This document shows, piece by piece, positions 1 through 13,085 of a stretch of DNA of 64,000 bases. Position 1 is the stretch's first letter. Each line of letters starts with the position of its first letter. The position numbers were made by a program, and so were the translations under genes. The stretch spans positions 47,058,001-47,122,000 of the forward strand of contig NC_043009.1 of assembly GCF_006345805.1 (NCBI RefSeq). The letters are read 5' to 3'. Below the pieces are notes generated by a model, which was not told the origin of the DNA, ran no database searches, and was given only the letters and a program-made list of their open reading frames with translations. The stretch comes from Octopus sinensis. Taxonomy: Eukaryota.

Positions 1-447
1 TATAACTTATAGATCATTAATATATTAGTAGATAGTTATACTATACGTGATTTATAATTTATACTATTATAATCATTAAACTGAATGCTTCATTATTGAA
101 CTGCTCCTTTTCAAAGAACCGTCTCATTATTGAACAACTCAATCCTTATTGAACTGGTTCACTATTGAACAAGTTTTTTTGTTATGGAACAAGCTAAACT
201 TGATCACTCAACTTCGTTTCTCACAGCTTTGACTTCACTCCCGCCATCTCTCCAAAGCGGAGCGAGGAACGTCAGCATATAAAAGTATAGGAGCAAATGA
301 TTGAGACAGAAACAGAATTCGTATGTGATATTGAAGCATTTGTATGCATGTGTGCGTGCGTGCGTGTGTGTGTGTGTGTGTAGTATGTTTGGAGATGAAG
401 AAAAAAAAGATGAAAGATTTTGCTTGAGAGAAAAAATGTGAGAGAAC

Positions 448-479
<32 letters not shown>

Positions 480-520
480 TGTATGTATGTATGTATGTAT
501 GTATGTATGTGTGTGTGCGT

Positions 521-770
521 GGAGGCGCGTGGCTTAGTGGTTAGGGTGTCAGCAACATGATCGTAAGATTGTGGTTTCGATTCCTGGACCTGGCGACGCG
601 TTGTGTTCTTGAGCAAAACACTTCATTTCACGTTGCTCCAGTCCACTCAGCTGGCAAAAATGAGTAACGCTGCGATGGACTGGTGTCCCGTCCAGCTGGG
701 GAACACATACGCCATTGAAACCGGGAAACTGGGCCCACGAGCCTGGCTAGGCTTTAAAAGGGCGCATTTA
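521..770 (+). mobile_element. tRNA-derived SINE, head H1 + tail T1
   Basis: A-box TGGCTTAGTGG and B-box GGTTTCGATTCC, then GCGTTGTGTTCTTGAGCAAAACACTT; 3' end CCTGGCTAGGCTTTAAAAGGGCGCA shared with 8672-8921 and 50240-50549. Confidence 0.85.
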
Positions 771-796
771 TTTTTATTATATATATATATATATAT

Positions 797-992
797 ATTA
801 TCGAATGCTCATAAACAATGTGTGTGCTTTGCTTGTTCGCCGGTCGGCTGCGACTTGACACACAGGAGATAACTCTCTCAAAGCACCGGTTTTTAACACC
901 CCGTGCTTTGAGAAAGTCATCTCTTTCGTGTCAAATTGCAGTCGACAGGTGAACAAGCATACCACATACATTGTGTACGTGTGTTCGATAAT
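797..992. mobile_element. Fold-back (MITE-like) element, family M1
   Basis: Imperfect ~90-bp inverted arms, ATTATCGAA...TTCGATAAT; second copy at 2471-2650. Confidence 0.75.
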
Positions 993-1129
993 GTTTGCAA
1001 CACTCGCGCTTCTTCTAAATCATATTTGAGTACGCATGCATGCACACATATGAAATGTTAGTAATCCAAATAAGTGGTAGCACCAAAAAAAATGCATAAA
1101 GAATATATTAGAATTTATACAGGTTTTAA

Positions 1130-1278
<149 letters not shown>

Positions 1279-2106
1279 TAGGCATGGCTCTGGGTTGTAG
1301 ACGTTCACTTGACAACCACGCAGAAGTTCCAGACTTAGTATCACTTCCCGGTGCCTTGTACTTTATGCAAATAAAAGCGCGAGTTCTTGACTGTGATGAT
1401 GAAACAAAGACCCTTGATGTAATTGTAGGAATATTTCAAGTTGATATTTTAGTGTACTTCTTTTTTTTTCTTTCTATCATTGTCTCTGAGTACTAGGTGG
1501 GTAACAATAAATAGAAAAAAAGTCTTCTAGGTATTTCAAAATAATGCTCACGCTGTCCATCAATGCAAGAAACCAATATAGAAATTGCAGATGATCTTGC
1601 ATTTCTTGCTAATTATTTTGCATGACGCCTAAGATTTACTATACTCCCTCAAAACAGTAGCAAACAGTGCAGGGCTCTATTCAAATGACCAAAACACAGA
1701 GTGTCACCAAAAGATAATACAATTACAAATTAAGCCGGTAAGTGATGATATTTTAAATTGTGTGAAGGATTTAGAATACTTTAGTTCATACATAATAGAC
1801 TGAGAAAGGATTTTGTTTTCACTCGGAAGACAATACAATGACCTGATTGCAATAAATAGACCGGTCTTTCATTATCTAATTTAATCAGGTATTAACTCGT
1901 CATATGTACTGTGAAGGGTGAGAATCAAAACAATGACTGGCATATTTATTTTTAACACGTTCCGGCTCATTCGAGCATGACTATGCTAATCGTGATTGTG
2001 TTTCGTTACAGAACAACTCGTTTACGACGGATTTATGTTCATACCCGATTCATTAGTACAAGGCACTGTGGGCCATCCGGGTTGTTGACATTGCTGTGTG
2101 TCTTCA

Positions 2107-2266
2107 GCTAGAGGTGACCCGGACATATGAATCTATTAAAAGTCGAAACTCTTTGATATTTGATATCGTCAGCGAAGATATCAGCACGTAACAACAGTTT
2201 GTCTACTGAAGTTCTAAATAAGAGCTTCGACTTTTGATAGAATCATAAGTCCGGGTTTCTTCTAGC
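2107..2266. mobile_element. Fold-back MITE-like element
   Basis: ~50-bp inverted arms GCTAGAGGTGACCCGGACATATGAATCTATTAAAAGTCGAAACTC / GAGCTTCGACTTTTGATAGAATCATAAGTCCGGGTTTCTTCTAGC. Confidence 0.65.
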
Positions 2267-2417
2267 CAGCGCTAGAGGTAATCACGTGTATAGAGAAGCA
2301 AGGGAAGTGGATGCACCGAAGAAATGGTAAACGGTTTACGGCTTTGAATGTGCCTTTCAAATGTAGACACTGCGTTTCCTATATTTTTAACATTAATAGT
2401 CCCATTAATGTTATATA

Positions 2418-2470
<53 letters not shown>

Positions 2471-2477
<7 letters not shown>

Positions 2478-2650
2478 AACGCACACACACAATGTATGTA
2501 CTTTGCCTATTTACCGGTCGGCTGCGATTTGATATGGAGGAGACAACTCTCTCAATGCGCCGGTTCTTTGAGAAAATCATCTCCTCTGAGTCAAATTGCA
2601 ACCAACCAGCGAACAAACAAAGAGCATACATTGTGTATGTGTGATTGATT
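2471..2650. mobile_element. Fold-back MITE-like element, family M1 copy 2
   Basis: Homologous to 797-992 and also self-complementary. Confidence 0.7.
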
Positions 2651-2921
2651 CATTTCTCAGTTAAAGTATATTGAAAATTTTCATCAGAACAACAATGCAG
2701 CAAGGCAGGCTGGATGCCTTTATCTTTAAGTATAGAAGCAGACGTGCTACGTAAGATTAATTTCGAGGATCTGATCAAAGACTTTGCAATAAAAATGAAG
2801 TAGGAAAATCTTATAAATAAAATGGAAGTATACAAAAATAGACATTATTTTCCATCTTACTTTTAGTTTTGTTTCATTTTGAAAAATAAAAGTTTATTTC
2901 ATTGTTTATTATTGTTCATAT

Positions 2922-3094
2922 CAGTGGCTCCCAACCTTTTCATTACCAAAGACCCCTTTTATTTAAATGAGCTTTCCTACGTACCCCTTTTAATATGCTT
3001 ATCCTTATATAAAACTTTGAACTTAGTTCATGGACCCCCAGTACTACTTTTGCGGACTATCAGGGGTCCGCAGACCACATGTTGAGAACCACTG
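2922..3094. mobile_element. hAT (Charlie-like) MITE
   Basis: TIRs CAGTGGCTCCCAAC / GTTGAGAACCACTG; 8-bp TSD GTTCATAT / GTTTATAT. Confidence 0.85.
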
Positions 3095-3099
3095 GTTTA

Positions 3100-3360
3100 T
3101 ATTTTGAATTACATATATATATGGAGGCACCAAAATCTTTTATGAGTTTAAGACCCCTATGGGTTTTAATCCGGCCCTGCTTGTGATGGAAACAATGTTG
3201 AGTAGTACCTTTGAAGAAAGGCTACTCCAATAACATTTTTCAATTTGAACGAAAACTTATTTTATGTTCTATTATTGTTTATATTTTGAATTCCGTATAT
3301 ATGGGGGCACCAAAATCTTCCAAGTGTTCAGGGCCTCTGTGGGTCTTAATCCGGCCCTGC
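3100..3360. repeat. Two direct copies of a hAT-MITE end (...TTAATCCGGCCCTG)
   Basis: ~80-bp direct repeat at ~3100-3180 and ~3280-3360. Confidence 0.55.
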
Positions 3361-3968
3361 CTCTAGCTGATGATCTAGAACGATGTCGAAACACCGGATG
3401 TCCCAGAATATCTTGCGCTAATAGATTCAGTGTATTATGAACACGCATTCGTCATAAAGAAGTTGTTCTCCTGTGACAGAACACAACAGCGATTCATGTT
3501 CGAATTTGCTGGAATGTATTAAGCATATATATGTAAGTCATCATTGTATTTCAAACTTACCTTTAATATCAATATTTTTCATGTTCTTGTTTTCTCAACC
3601 GTTCTGAAACATGGATATTTATTTCCTAGAAGAGTTTCAAAACGATTAGACTTCAACGTAGAGTACAAATTGCTGTTAGAAGACCTGTGACAGCTGGTGA
3701 AGAAAGTTGTAAGCTCTTCTATACAGATGTCATTGCTGGGGATTCAGAACTTGAGATGCAAGATTTAAGCGAGGCAATGACAGATTGTGGGCTTTGGGGA
3801 GTTGCGGTGTCTGTCTCGGTCGGTGGCGTCAGATAATGATGATGATGATGATGTGTTTTATGTGTTTATGTGTGTTTGTGCTTGTGTGTGCATGTAGCAA
3901 TCTGGTATAGCCGTGTGTATGTGTGTGAGTGTGTCTGCGTGTGTTTGCAGCATTCTGACAGAGCTCTG

Positions 3969-3989
<21 letters not shown>

Positions 3990-4007
<18 letters not shown>

Positions 4008-4170
4008 AGGGTTAGCAATTGTAGTAGAATTAAGGGTGTGTGGGTTTGTAGTATTCTAATAGAGTTATCTTTGTGTGTGTGTGTGTGTGTGTGTGTGGAG
4101 GGTTAGCAATACTAGTAGAATTAAGGGTGTGCGGGTTTGTAGTATTCTAATAGAGTTATCTTTGTGTGTG
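3990..4170. repeat. Tandem duplication of a ~85-bp unit with (GT)n spacer
   Basis: GGAGGGTTAGCAAT..TAGTAGAATTAAGGGTGTG.GGGTTTGTAGTATTCTAATAGAGTTATCTTT occurs twice. Confidence 0.8.
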
Positions 4171-4699
4171 TGTGTGTGTGCGTGTGTGTGTGTGTGTGTC
4201 AGTGTGTGAGTGCACGTCTGTCTGCCTGTGTGTTGTAGCATTCTAATAGAGCTATCTGTGTGCAGGAGTTGTGTAATATAAAATGCGAAACAGTGATTCG
4301 CTAATTAACCAGTGTCTTTTATTTTTTTTTTTAAACGGCAGTTTTGTTGTCATTCTTGTCGTTATTGTTGTTGCTTTTGTTGTTGTGATCGTTGTTGTCA
4401 TTTGTAAAGTGAAAGAACGAGTAAATTCTTTTGTTATTGAAAGTGAGAAATATCGACAGCAGCGGTGTCATGTGTAGCAACAGCAGTAGAGACAGTCTTT
4501 CACAAGTATTTCGGTTTTCGCTAATCTCAGGAGAAATAATAATAAGTTGCATTCACACCACGTTTTAAAGTGTTCACTCAGGTTAAAAAGATACCAATAA
4601 GGATTTCAAATTCCTTTATTTCCGTTGGGGGGGACTTCATAAAGGTAAGGAGCCACTTAAATTTGATTTTTACACACTAAATATTAATATCAATATCGT

Positions 4700-4708
4700 A
4701 TATATATG

Positions 4709-4765
<57 letters not shown>

Positions 4766-4822
4766 GTATATATATATATGTATATATATATGTATATATA
4801 TATATGTATATATATATATGCA

Positions 4823-4864
<42 letters not shown>

Positions 4865-4866
4865 CA

Positions 4867-4902
<36 letters not shown>

Positions 4903-4930
4903 TGTATGTATGTATGTGTGTGTGTATACA
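4700..4930. repeat. (TA)n/(TATG)n compound microsatellite
   Basis: Direct reading. Confidence 0.95.
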
Positions 4931-5394
4931 TAATTTCATTGTTATTTTTTTCCATTCAAATAACATTTATTAAATGTGAACAACTTATTATAACAACAGG
5001 GACACCTTTTAAAGTTCGTATTCTTAGTACATTTGATATTTTCTACCATATATATATATATATATATTCTACCAAAATAGATTTTATTAGTGAGTTTTCT
5101 ACTAAGTGTGCGTACCAGTTTGTGTTGTTCGCTAATGATACTTTCTGTCAAGTTTGAAAGGAAAATGAATAAATAAATAAATAAATAATTACATAAATAA
5201 TTACATAAATAAACAGACAAATAAATAAATAGCTAAATAAGTAAAGAAAAAGTAATTAGCCATCGACTAACAAAACAATTAATCTCGCTGATAGGACCCA
5301 TAAGGGATATGAGTGTAATGATGAATATCAAAACGGTAACAATAGTGATGTATAATAATGATGATAATGATAACCCCTAATAAGGTCATTATGT

Positions 5395-5915
<521 letters not shown>

Positions 5916-6277
5916 TCAAAAGTTAACTGTCTACTCTGAGTTTCGTTTTTGGGCGAAACTTAGAGTTGTCTGTCGACTTCTGCTATGATAACTACATCTA
6001 TTAACTCTAGCCAAGTGTTGAGCTCCGTTGCAGATAATGTTTGCTTGCGCGCATACACATACGCACGCGCGCATACACATACGCACGCGCGCACATACAC
6101 AGACTTAAACACAGGCAGACAGATGCACACGCACATACATACGTACATACATACATACATTCATACATATATACATATACATACGTACACACACATACGT
6201 ATACCTCTTGTATCCTATCTGTATGTCTGTTTGCCTGTCTGCCTGTCTGTCTATGTGTCAGTCTGTCTGTCTCCCTG

Positions 6278-6339
<62 letters not shown>

Positions 6340-6974
6340 CTTACAATACCCCCCCACCAATTCTACAGAAACTTATTTAAAAGCCGTCAGACTTTTGATA
6401 TTACAGTAACAGTTCCATAGCTGAAAGATAAAGCATACTATTTCATCCGAACCACGTTCATTTGTCACATTCAGCAGTGATTAATACCCTAAATCAAACA
6501 ACTAATTACTCTTGTTGTTGTCATAAAGTTTCATAACTCAGTCAAAATGGCGACACTATATCGCTAATCCTCACCAGAATTTCAACTCCTTTAGTGAAGT
6601 TAACTATTGGGAGGGAAACACAATTATGCTTTACAAATATGTAGAGACATTTCATAGATATATCGCGTGACGCAGTAAGGGGATGGAGGTACTTTTACCT
6701 TTTGTTGCTGTCTATCGATTTGTTCCTTCGATCAATGATTTCGCTTTTGTTCTTATTAAAACTAATTTTAATAAGAATAAAATGACACCAACCAGTGCAA
6801 CATGTGTTGTTCCAAATTTTCTCTATTTGGCCTTGGAGATACATACATTAATGTGTGCACGCGTATACACAGTGTACTGTTTTTTTATATTTACTAGCTT
6901 CAGCCATTGCAGAGATCCGCCATGTGTGTGTGTGTGTGTCTGTCTGTCTGTCTGTCTCTGTCTCTCTCTCTCTG

Positions 6975-7065
<91 letters not shown>

Positions 7066-7067
<2 letters not shown>

Positions 7068-7356
7068 AGGCGCAATGGCCCAGTGGTTAGGGCAGCGGAC
7101 TCGCGGTCGTAGGATCGCGGTTTTGATTCCCAGACCGGGCGTTGTGAGTGTTTATTGAGCGAAAACACCTAAAGCTCCACGAGGGGTGGGGCGATCTTTC
7201 TGCTGCACTCTTTCGCCACAACTTTCTCTCAATCTTTCTTCTGTTGGCCTGCTCGCTTAGTCAGCGGGGTGGCGTCATTTGAAGGCTAAAACAGTGCGGA
7301 GTGCATTGTGACCAGCGATGCGTAGCAACATCTGATAGCCTGGTCGATCACGGTGA
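7066..7356 (+). mobile_element. tRNA-derived SINE, head H2 + tail T5
   Basis: GGAGGCGCAATGGCCCAGTGGTTAGGGCAGCGGACTCGCGG...GATTCCC head shared with 12017, 41611 and 50549(-); distinct 3' body. Confidence 0.85.
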
Positions 7357-7380
7357 TATATATATAATATATATATAATG

Positions 7381-7578
7381 TGACCGCGTGTGTACCGTTG
7401 GCGATTTTTTTTCCTCTGTCTTCCCTTCTCTGGATCTTTCCTTCTCCTATGTTTCTGACGAAGAGCTCCGCTCGAAACGTTAACCATCCTTCTTCCTTCT
7501 TCCTGAGCGTCCAATAATACTATATTTGTTCCACACGTCCTCGCGTTGTTGTGTTTTTTTGTGCTTTCTTGTTTGGAT

Positions 7579-7582
<4 letters not shown>
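7381..7582 (+). mobile_element. Putative Penelope-like pseudo-LTR embedded in (TA)n
   Basis: Contains the hammerhead motif at 7449-7487; (TA)n on both sides. Confidence 0.55.
7449..7487 (+). ncRNA. Minimal type-I hammerhead ribozyme motif
   Basis: ATGTTT-CTGACGA-A-GAGC-TCC-GCTC-GAAA-C-GTT-AACCAT: canonical CUGANGA and GAAA cores, stem II, palindromic ACGU stem III, stem I 5/6 bp. Confidence 0.7.
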
Positions 7583-7629
<47 letters not shown>

Positions 7630-7779
7630 AAGTAAAATAGGGATTAAAAATTTCAGGCAGATATCAATAAAGCACTCAGTTTTAAATAATCAGACCCCAA
7701 TAAATGCAAGTAGAATAAACATCGTCATGTATGACAAGTAAATCCAAATATCATTTTGATGAATTTCAAAAAATTCAGA

Positions 7780-7883
7780 GTATTAGCGGCTCTATGCCCT
7801 GTAAAAGAACTCGAAAGATTGGGCCTCCAACCAGACCTTTCGCGATATCCTTAAAACCAGGAACTTTTCAGCGCTCCCTCGTA
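7780..7883. mobile_element. Mariner-like terminal fragment
   Basis: Reverse complement reads TA-CGAGGGAGCGCTGAAAAGTTCCTGG, resembling a mariner TIR next to a TA site. Confidence 0.55.
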
Positions 7884-8671
7884 TTTGTTTCAATCTTTAA
7901 TGGACACTACACTTGCTACAAACTTTGTTTCGCATGTACAGTTTGCAGACGAGTCTTCTCAGCACCTCATACAATATAGTGCATATCTTCCTTTGTAGTT
8001 GATAAGTGGGTTTGTGTTACACTTTCCGCAATTTCTTTTAACTGGTAGGACTTTCGATTTGACTATTGTCCCTGTTTTCCCACACTTTTGATATTGAGAG
8101 TAAGCTCTCGGAGGGTTTTCATAAATCTATGACATGTTTCACAATCGAACCTATTATTATCCTTACTATCAATCCTACGGTACCACGTACTGCTTTAGCT
8201 TTTTAAATTATTTTCTATAACTACTCCAATCCAAATTTTGTTACTAAATATATATTCCATCCGAGTCATTTTTAGAATATTTTCAAAGTTATTTTTAGCT
8301 GAGTCTGTCTAAACTACTTTTGGAACATAGAATACTGAATACGCTTTCGCCGTTCACGCGGTTGATATACGTAATACATAATTCATTAATTTTATGAAGT
8401 CTTCCATTAGGATATACAGTGTGACAGTACTAGTGAATTTGTCATAGCTTATCTATTATAGAAAAGTATACCTCTTTGATAAAACAATAATTCTATCTTC
8501 ACAAGAAAAATTTGACAATGATTACACCAGAGGTATTTATATTCTTTGGGCAGGAAGAGCAGGAAGTGGATGAAACAAACTTTCAACAGAGAAACAATAC
8601 TTATTATTTGTCCACAGAGAGATTAGAAGCTTAAAACTATTCAGAGTGTATACTCGAATACAGTTACACTA

Positions 8672-8921
8672 TATGCGCCCTTTTAAAGCCTAGCCAGGCT
8701 CATGGGCCCGGTTTCCCGGTTTCTATGGCGTATGTGTTCCCCAGCTGGATGGGATGCCAGTCCATCGCAGCGTAACTCTTTTTTGCCAGCTGAGTGAACT
8801 GGAGCAACGTGAAATGAAGTGTTTTTCCCAAGAACACAACGCGTCGCCCGGTCCAGGAATCGAAACCACAATCTTAAGATCATGATGCTGACATCTTAAC
8901 CACTAAGCCACGCGCTTCCAC
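8672..8921 (-). mobile_element. SINE H1+T1
   Basis: Reverse copy of 521-770; TSD ACAGTTACACTA / ACAGTTAAACTA. Confidence 0.9.
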
Positions 8922-9309
8922 ACAGTTAAACTAACATACCTAATTTGCATAACGGTGCATACGATAGCAGCGAGTCAGAAAAAGAAGCGGGTAATGATTC
9001 ATTGTGAACATTGTATAGAAATATGAAAGTAAGACCAGCAATCAGCCTTCACAAAGCAGCAAGATAAAATAGTACAGCATGGTTAAAGGAATCTTAGGCG
9101 CATTAGGTTTATTATAATAGCTGCAGTGATAACTACAGCGGGCCGATGTGTCGGAGAAGGATGAGGAATGAAACATTTAATGGTAGCATGAGGACGCCTT
9201 GACAATATGTTCAGGGAACGATAATTCCAGGAGGAAGCAACATCATAGTGATACAAAGTCGATGGTGATGAAATGAATATATCACAGCATAAGTTGAATG
9301 CAAAATATA

Positions 9310-9615
9310 ATATGTTGTTAATGTTTGTTCCTTCTCGAGTCATGCCTGGCTCATAAGGGCCAGTTTCCTTGGCGTATATGTTCCTCACCTGGACGGGACG
9401 CCGGTCCGTCGAAGGTGAGCTGCAAGATGCAGGAGGAAAGAGAGAGAGAGAGAGAGAAAGTTGTGGTGAAAGAATCAGCAGAAGTTCGCCATTACCTTCT
9501 GCCGGAGCCGCGTGGAGCTTAGGTGTTTCGCTCATAAACACACACATCGCCCGGTCTGAGATTCGAATCCGCGGTCCCTCGACCGCTCCTCTAACCACTA
9601 GGCCATGTGCCTCCA
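9310..9615 (-). mobile_element. SINE, H2-like head with T1-related tail variant
   Basis: tRNA-like head at 9560-9615; TSD CAAAATATA. Confidence 0.8.
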
Positions 9616-10357
9616 CAAAATATATGACATGATATAATATAATGTACTATACGTAATATGTGTGTGTCTCTGTGCTTGTGTTAGTGTGTGCGTGTGTGTG
9701 TTTGTCTTTTTGCCCCAGCACAGCTTGACAACAGGTGTTGGTTTGTTTGCGTCCTCGTAATTTAGTGGTTTGGCAAAAGAAACCGATACAATAAGTAGCC
9801 AGCTTAAATAAAACGTAAGTGCTGGGGACGATTCATTCGACTAAAATACTTCAAAATGGTGGTGCTTCAACATGGTCGCAGTCTATTGACTGAAACAAGA
9901 AACTACACAAGCGTTTAGCAATTACATTGGCACACACACACACACACACACACAGAGAAAAGCACTACCATTTCGTTGGAAATGCTTCTCTTTCTCTTTC
10001 TCTCTGTATAAATATATATATATAAATGAAATTGCTTTCCCAAATAAAATGGCGCTTTATGTTCGAAGCTCCAATGAGGCTATAGTACTGTAATATACAA
10101 GCATTCAAATATGAGTGCGTTGTATCTTACAATAGAAACGACTGTACGTTAATGAAGTTCAAGAAATAATTTCTTTTCATTTATCATTTTAATTTCCTAT
10201 TACTGCTCTGTATCCGACAGACGCTTCGTTCTAAAAACTTTGTATACAGAGTTCTATTAGAAACAGGTTATCAATATCGCTATGCCTTAAGCGACATAAT
10301 AAAATAATAATAATAATAATAATTATTATTATTATTATTATTATTATTAACATAATT

Positions 10358-10844
10358 ATGTTTTGTCTTGGTATAATATAATGTTTTGTCTTGGTATAAT
10401 ATTCTGCTCAATACCACAGATTTGCTTGTCAGTTGTTTGACCGTAACCAGTTGAGCATGTCCCTTAGTGGCTGACGATATGTGCATCTCTGATCACGAGC
10501 AGAAGTAGTGGGGGAGCATCATAGCCGTGTGTTGAAAGGAATTCTTAGAGGTTTGGATAATTCACCTTTGGAAACATGGGTGTTTCGTTCAACATCCTTA
10601 AACAATCCTTATTCAGAAACATTTTGAGTGGGAAGGGCTACTCGACCAGAAGAAAATTCTAACTGGGCCCGACTTGCAAGGTCATGCGCTGTTTATCTTG
10701 ATATGAGATCACCATGTCGCGCACATATGGTTGTGATGCATGTGCCTGGTATACCCTTATCAGACGGGTAGTCATAGTGGGTATACTGGGCTTTGTATAT
10801 TTTACCCCAGTGTCACTTTGATGGCATGCACTGCTCTCTCACTC
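10358..10844 (+). mobile_element. Family E short retroposon, 5'-truncated, followed by (AAT)n
   Basis: Homologous to 25585-26142; same 3' end GCACTGCTCTCTCACTC then (AAT)n. Confidence 0.8.
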
Positions 10845-10851
10845 AATAATG

Positions 10852-10900
<49 letters not shown>

Positions 10901-10902
<2 letters not shown>

Positions 10903-11335
10903 GCTTTTATGATTCAGTGCGACCATGAGATAGAGAATAGAAAGCCGAGCATAGTCTTAATTGAGAAAGAAAACAAACTATGCTGGATCATAGATATAGC
11001 ATGCCCAGCTGACAACAAGGTATGCCATAAGGAAGAAAGAAAAGTCGAGATATATGACAGGTTAGCTTGGGAAGTTAAGTAGTTGTGGTCGATGAAAAAT
11101 GTAACAGTAGTACCAATAATTGTCGGAGCCCTGGGTACAGTGAGCAAAAATCTCGAGAAGTACTGGAACAAATAGGGGCTGCAATAAGTGTGGAACACTT
11201 GCAGAAAACAGCACTGCTTGGAACTGCTCGAATACTCCAGAAGGTGCTCGAAAAATAAGAGGTATTACCTTAGTTCACTGGTAGTGAACAGCTGACACTG
11301 TAGTACATCTCCAGCGTTAGAATCTGTGCAAAGGC
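10901..11335 (+). mobile_element. 5'-truncated R4/Dong-like non-LTR element (restriction-like endonuclease C-terminus + 3'UTR) within (AAT)n
   Basis: FMIQCDHEIENRKPSIVLIEKENKLCWIIDIACPADNKV...LWSMKNVTVVPIIVGALGTVSKNLEK..HLQKTALLGTARIL; internal stop and frameshift; (AAT)n on both flanks. Confidence 0.85.
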
Positions 11336-11357
11336 AATAATAATAATAATAATAATA

Positions 11358-11390
<33 letters not shown>

Positions 11391-11409
11391 TCTTTCTTTA
11401 TTAACCAAA

Positions 11410-11582
11410 TAATGATCGTTTCTACTAAAGCCACAAGGCCTGAAATTTTGGGGGAGTGGGATTAGTCGATTATATCGACCCCAGTGTTTATCGAACCCAA
11501 TCGGATGAAAGGTAAAGTTGAGCTCGGCGGAGTTTGAACTCCGAAATACCAGCGTGCTAACGATTCTGTAAACTCGCCGCCT
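11410..11582 (-). mobile_element. SINE family D
   Basis: Reverse of GGCGGCGAG..CAGAATCGTTAGC...GAGTTCAAA.TCCGCCGAG.TC.ACTTT.CCTTTCATCC. Confidence 0.8.
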
Positions 11583-11624
11583 GAACAATAAAGAATGATG
11601 ATAATAATAATAACCATTGTAGTA

Positions 11625-11879
11625 TTTTAAGGGGCCCTGAAAAAATTTTTGCTTTAAAAGGATGTATTGCTATGTGTTGCAAGAAACAGCTAGGTTTCTT
11701 TCTCTACCATTTTACATAGTTCAGGCTACACAATTAAATGTGTGAAAAACCAAATTGGGAATTTTGAAAGAAGTTTCTATAAAACTATTTTTTAAACATC
11801 GAATGGCTATGAGGTTCGACCAGAATAAAATAGTAATCAAAGGGTCCATAGATAATAAAAAAGTGGTTGAGAACCCCTG
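11625..11879. mobile_element. hAT MITE remnant (one TIR)
   Basis: Ends GGTTGAGAACCCCTG; internal TTTTTAAACATCGAATGGCTATGAGGTT matches 52895-53135 in reverse. Confidence 0.6.
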
Positions 11880-12016
11880 TTCTATATGGTTATTTCACGA
11901 GAAATCCAATTTTTAAATCGCGCTACATACGAATATATATACTCACTCACACACTCACAAACACACATACACACATACATATTGTATTTACATGTATAAC
12001 ATATATATATCAGCGT

Positions 12017-12402
12017 GGAGGCGCAATGGATCAGTGCTTACGGCAGTGGACACGCGGTCGTAGAATCGCGGTTTCGATTCCCAGACAGGGCGTTGTGAGT
12101 GTTTATTGAGTGAAAACACCTAAAAGCTCCACGAGGCTCCACAGTTGTGGGGTTGGCGAACCCTGCCGTACTCTTTCACTACAACTTTCTCTCACTCTTT
12201 CTTCATGTTTCTGCTGTACCTGTATTTATTTCAAAAGACCAGCCTTGTCACACTCTGTGAAACGCTGAATCTCCCTGAGAACTACGTTAAGGGCACACGT
12301 ATCTGTGGAGTGCTCAGCCACTTGCACGTTAATTTCATGAGCAGGTTGTTCTGTTGATCTGATCAACTGGAACCCTCGTCGTCGTAACAGATGGAGTGCC
12401 GA
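12017..12402 (+). mobile_element. SINE H2+T2
   Basis: H2 head; tail ...GAGAACTACGTTAAGGG...CCCTCGTCGTCGTAAC. Confidence 0.85.
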
Positions 12403-12458
12403 AGAAGATATATATCAGTAATATGTTGTGATATGTTTTGTGTGGGCATATACATTTT

Positions 12459-13035
12459 TGTGTGTGTGTATTTTTAGATAGATAGATAGATAGATAGATA
12501 GATCGATCGATAGATAGATAGATATACGTATCTGTGTATGTGCAAGTGTGTGTATAGATAGCATACGTATGCATACGCTAATACACACACACACTATGTG
12601 TATATTCGAACTACGGTTGTCACTCGGAATCAGGAACGGCATGATTCCGTGCACTATGCTTTCACTGCTATTTTTTCGTTGCTGTTGTTGTTGTTTAGTA
12701 GTTATGAACTGACATGGACATCCTCTGGGCTCTCCCACTTAGTTTAGTGTAGCTCGCTTACCTCTAGCTGTTTTATCCTGGATAATGAATCGAGGCCAAG
12801 GTAGGAGAGCCCAGAGGATGTCTATGTCAATTCTTAACTACTGACTTAAAAAAAAAAAATAGCGGCATAATCATAGTGCATGGTATCGAGCCATTCTTGA
12901 TTCCGAATGACAACCGTAGTTTGAATATACGCACATGTGTGTGTGGTGTGTATGTGTGTGTGTGTGTGTGTGTGTGTATTAGTGTGTGCATATGTATGCT
13001 AGCTTTACACACACTTGCACATAAACATATACGTA

Positions 13036-13085
<50 letters not shown>

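Larger units (their letters stand above)
1575..3852 (+). mobile_element. Decayed RTE-clade LINE (RT to 3' end) with nested MITE insertions
   Basis: Frame-broken motifs ADDLAFL..HDA*DLLYSLKTVANSAGLYSN (1587-1700), LNCVKDLEYFSSYI (~1753-1794), FEFAG (~3500), YTDVIAGDSELEMQDLSEAMTDCGLW (~3720-3800), ending in a (GAT)n tail at ~3835-3852. Confidence 0.7.

Noticed and set aside
521-600. tRNA genes at SINE heads (also 7066, 12017, 27635, 41611)
   Set aside because: Only A/B boxes are tRNA-like. They continue into SINE bodies with TSDs and do not form a complete cloverleaf.
10490-10515. U1 snRNA-like words (TGATCACGA, GTAGTGGGGGA) in family E
   Set aside because: Two short matches with the wrong spacing; no 5' ATACTTACCTG, no Sm site and no U1 fold.
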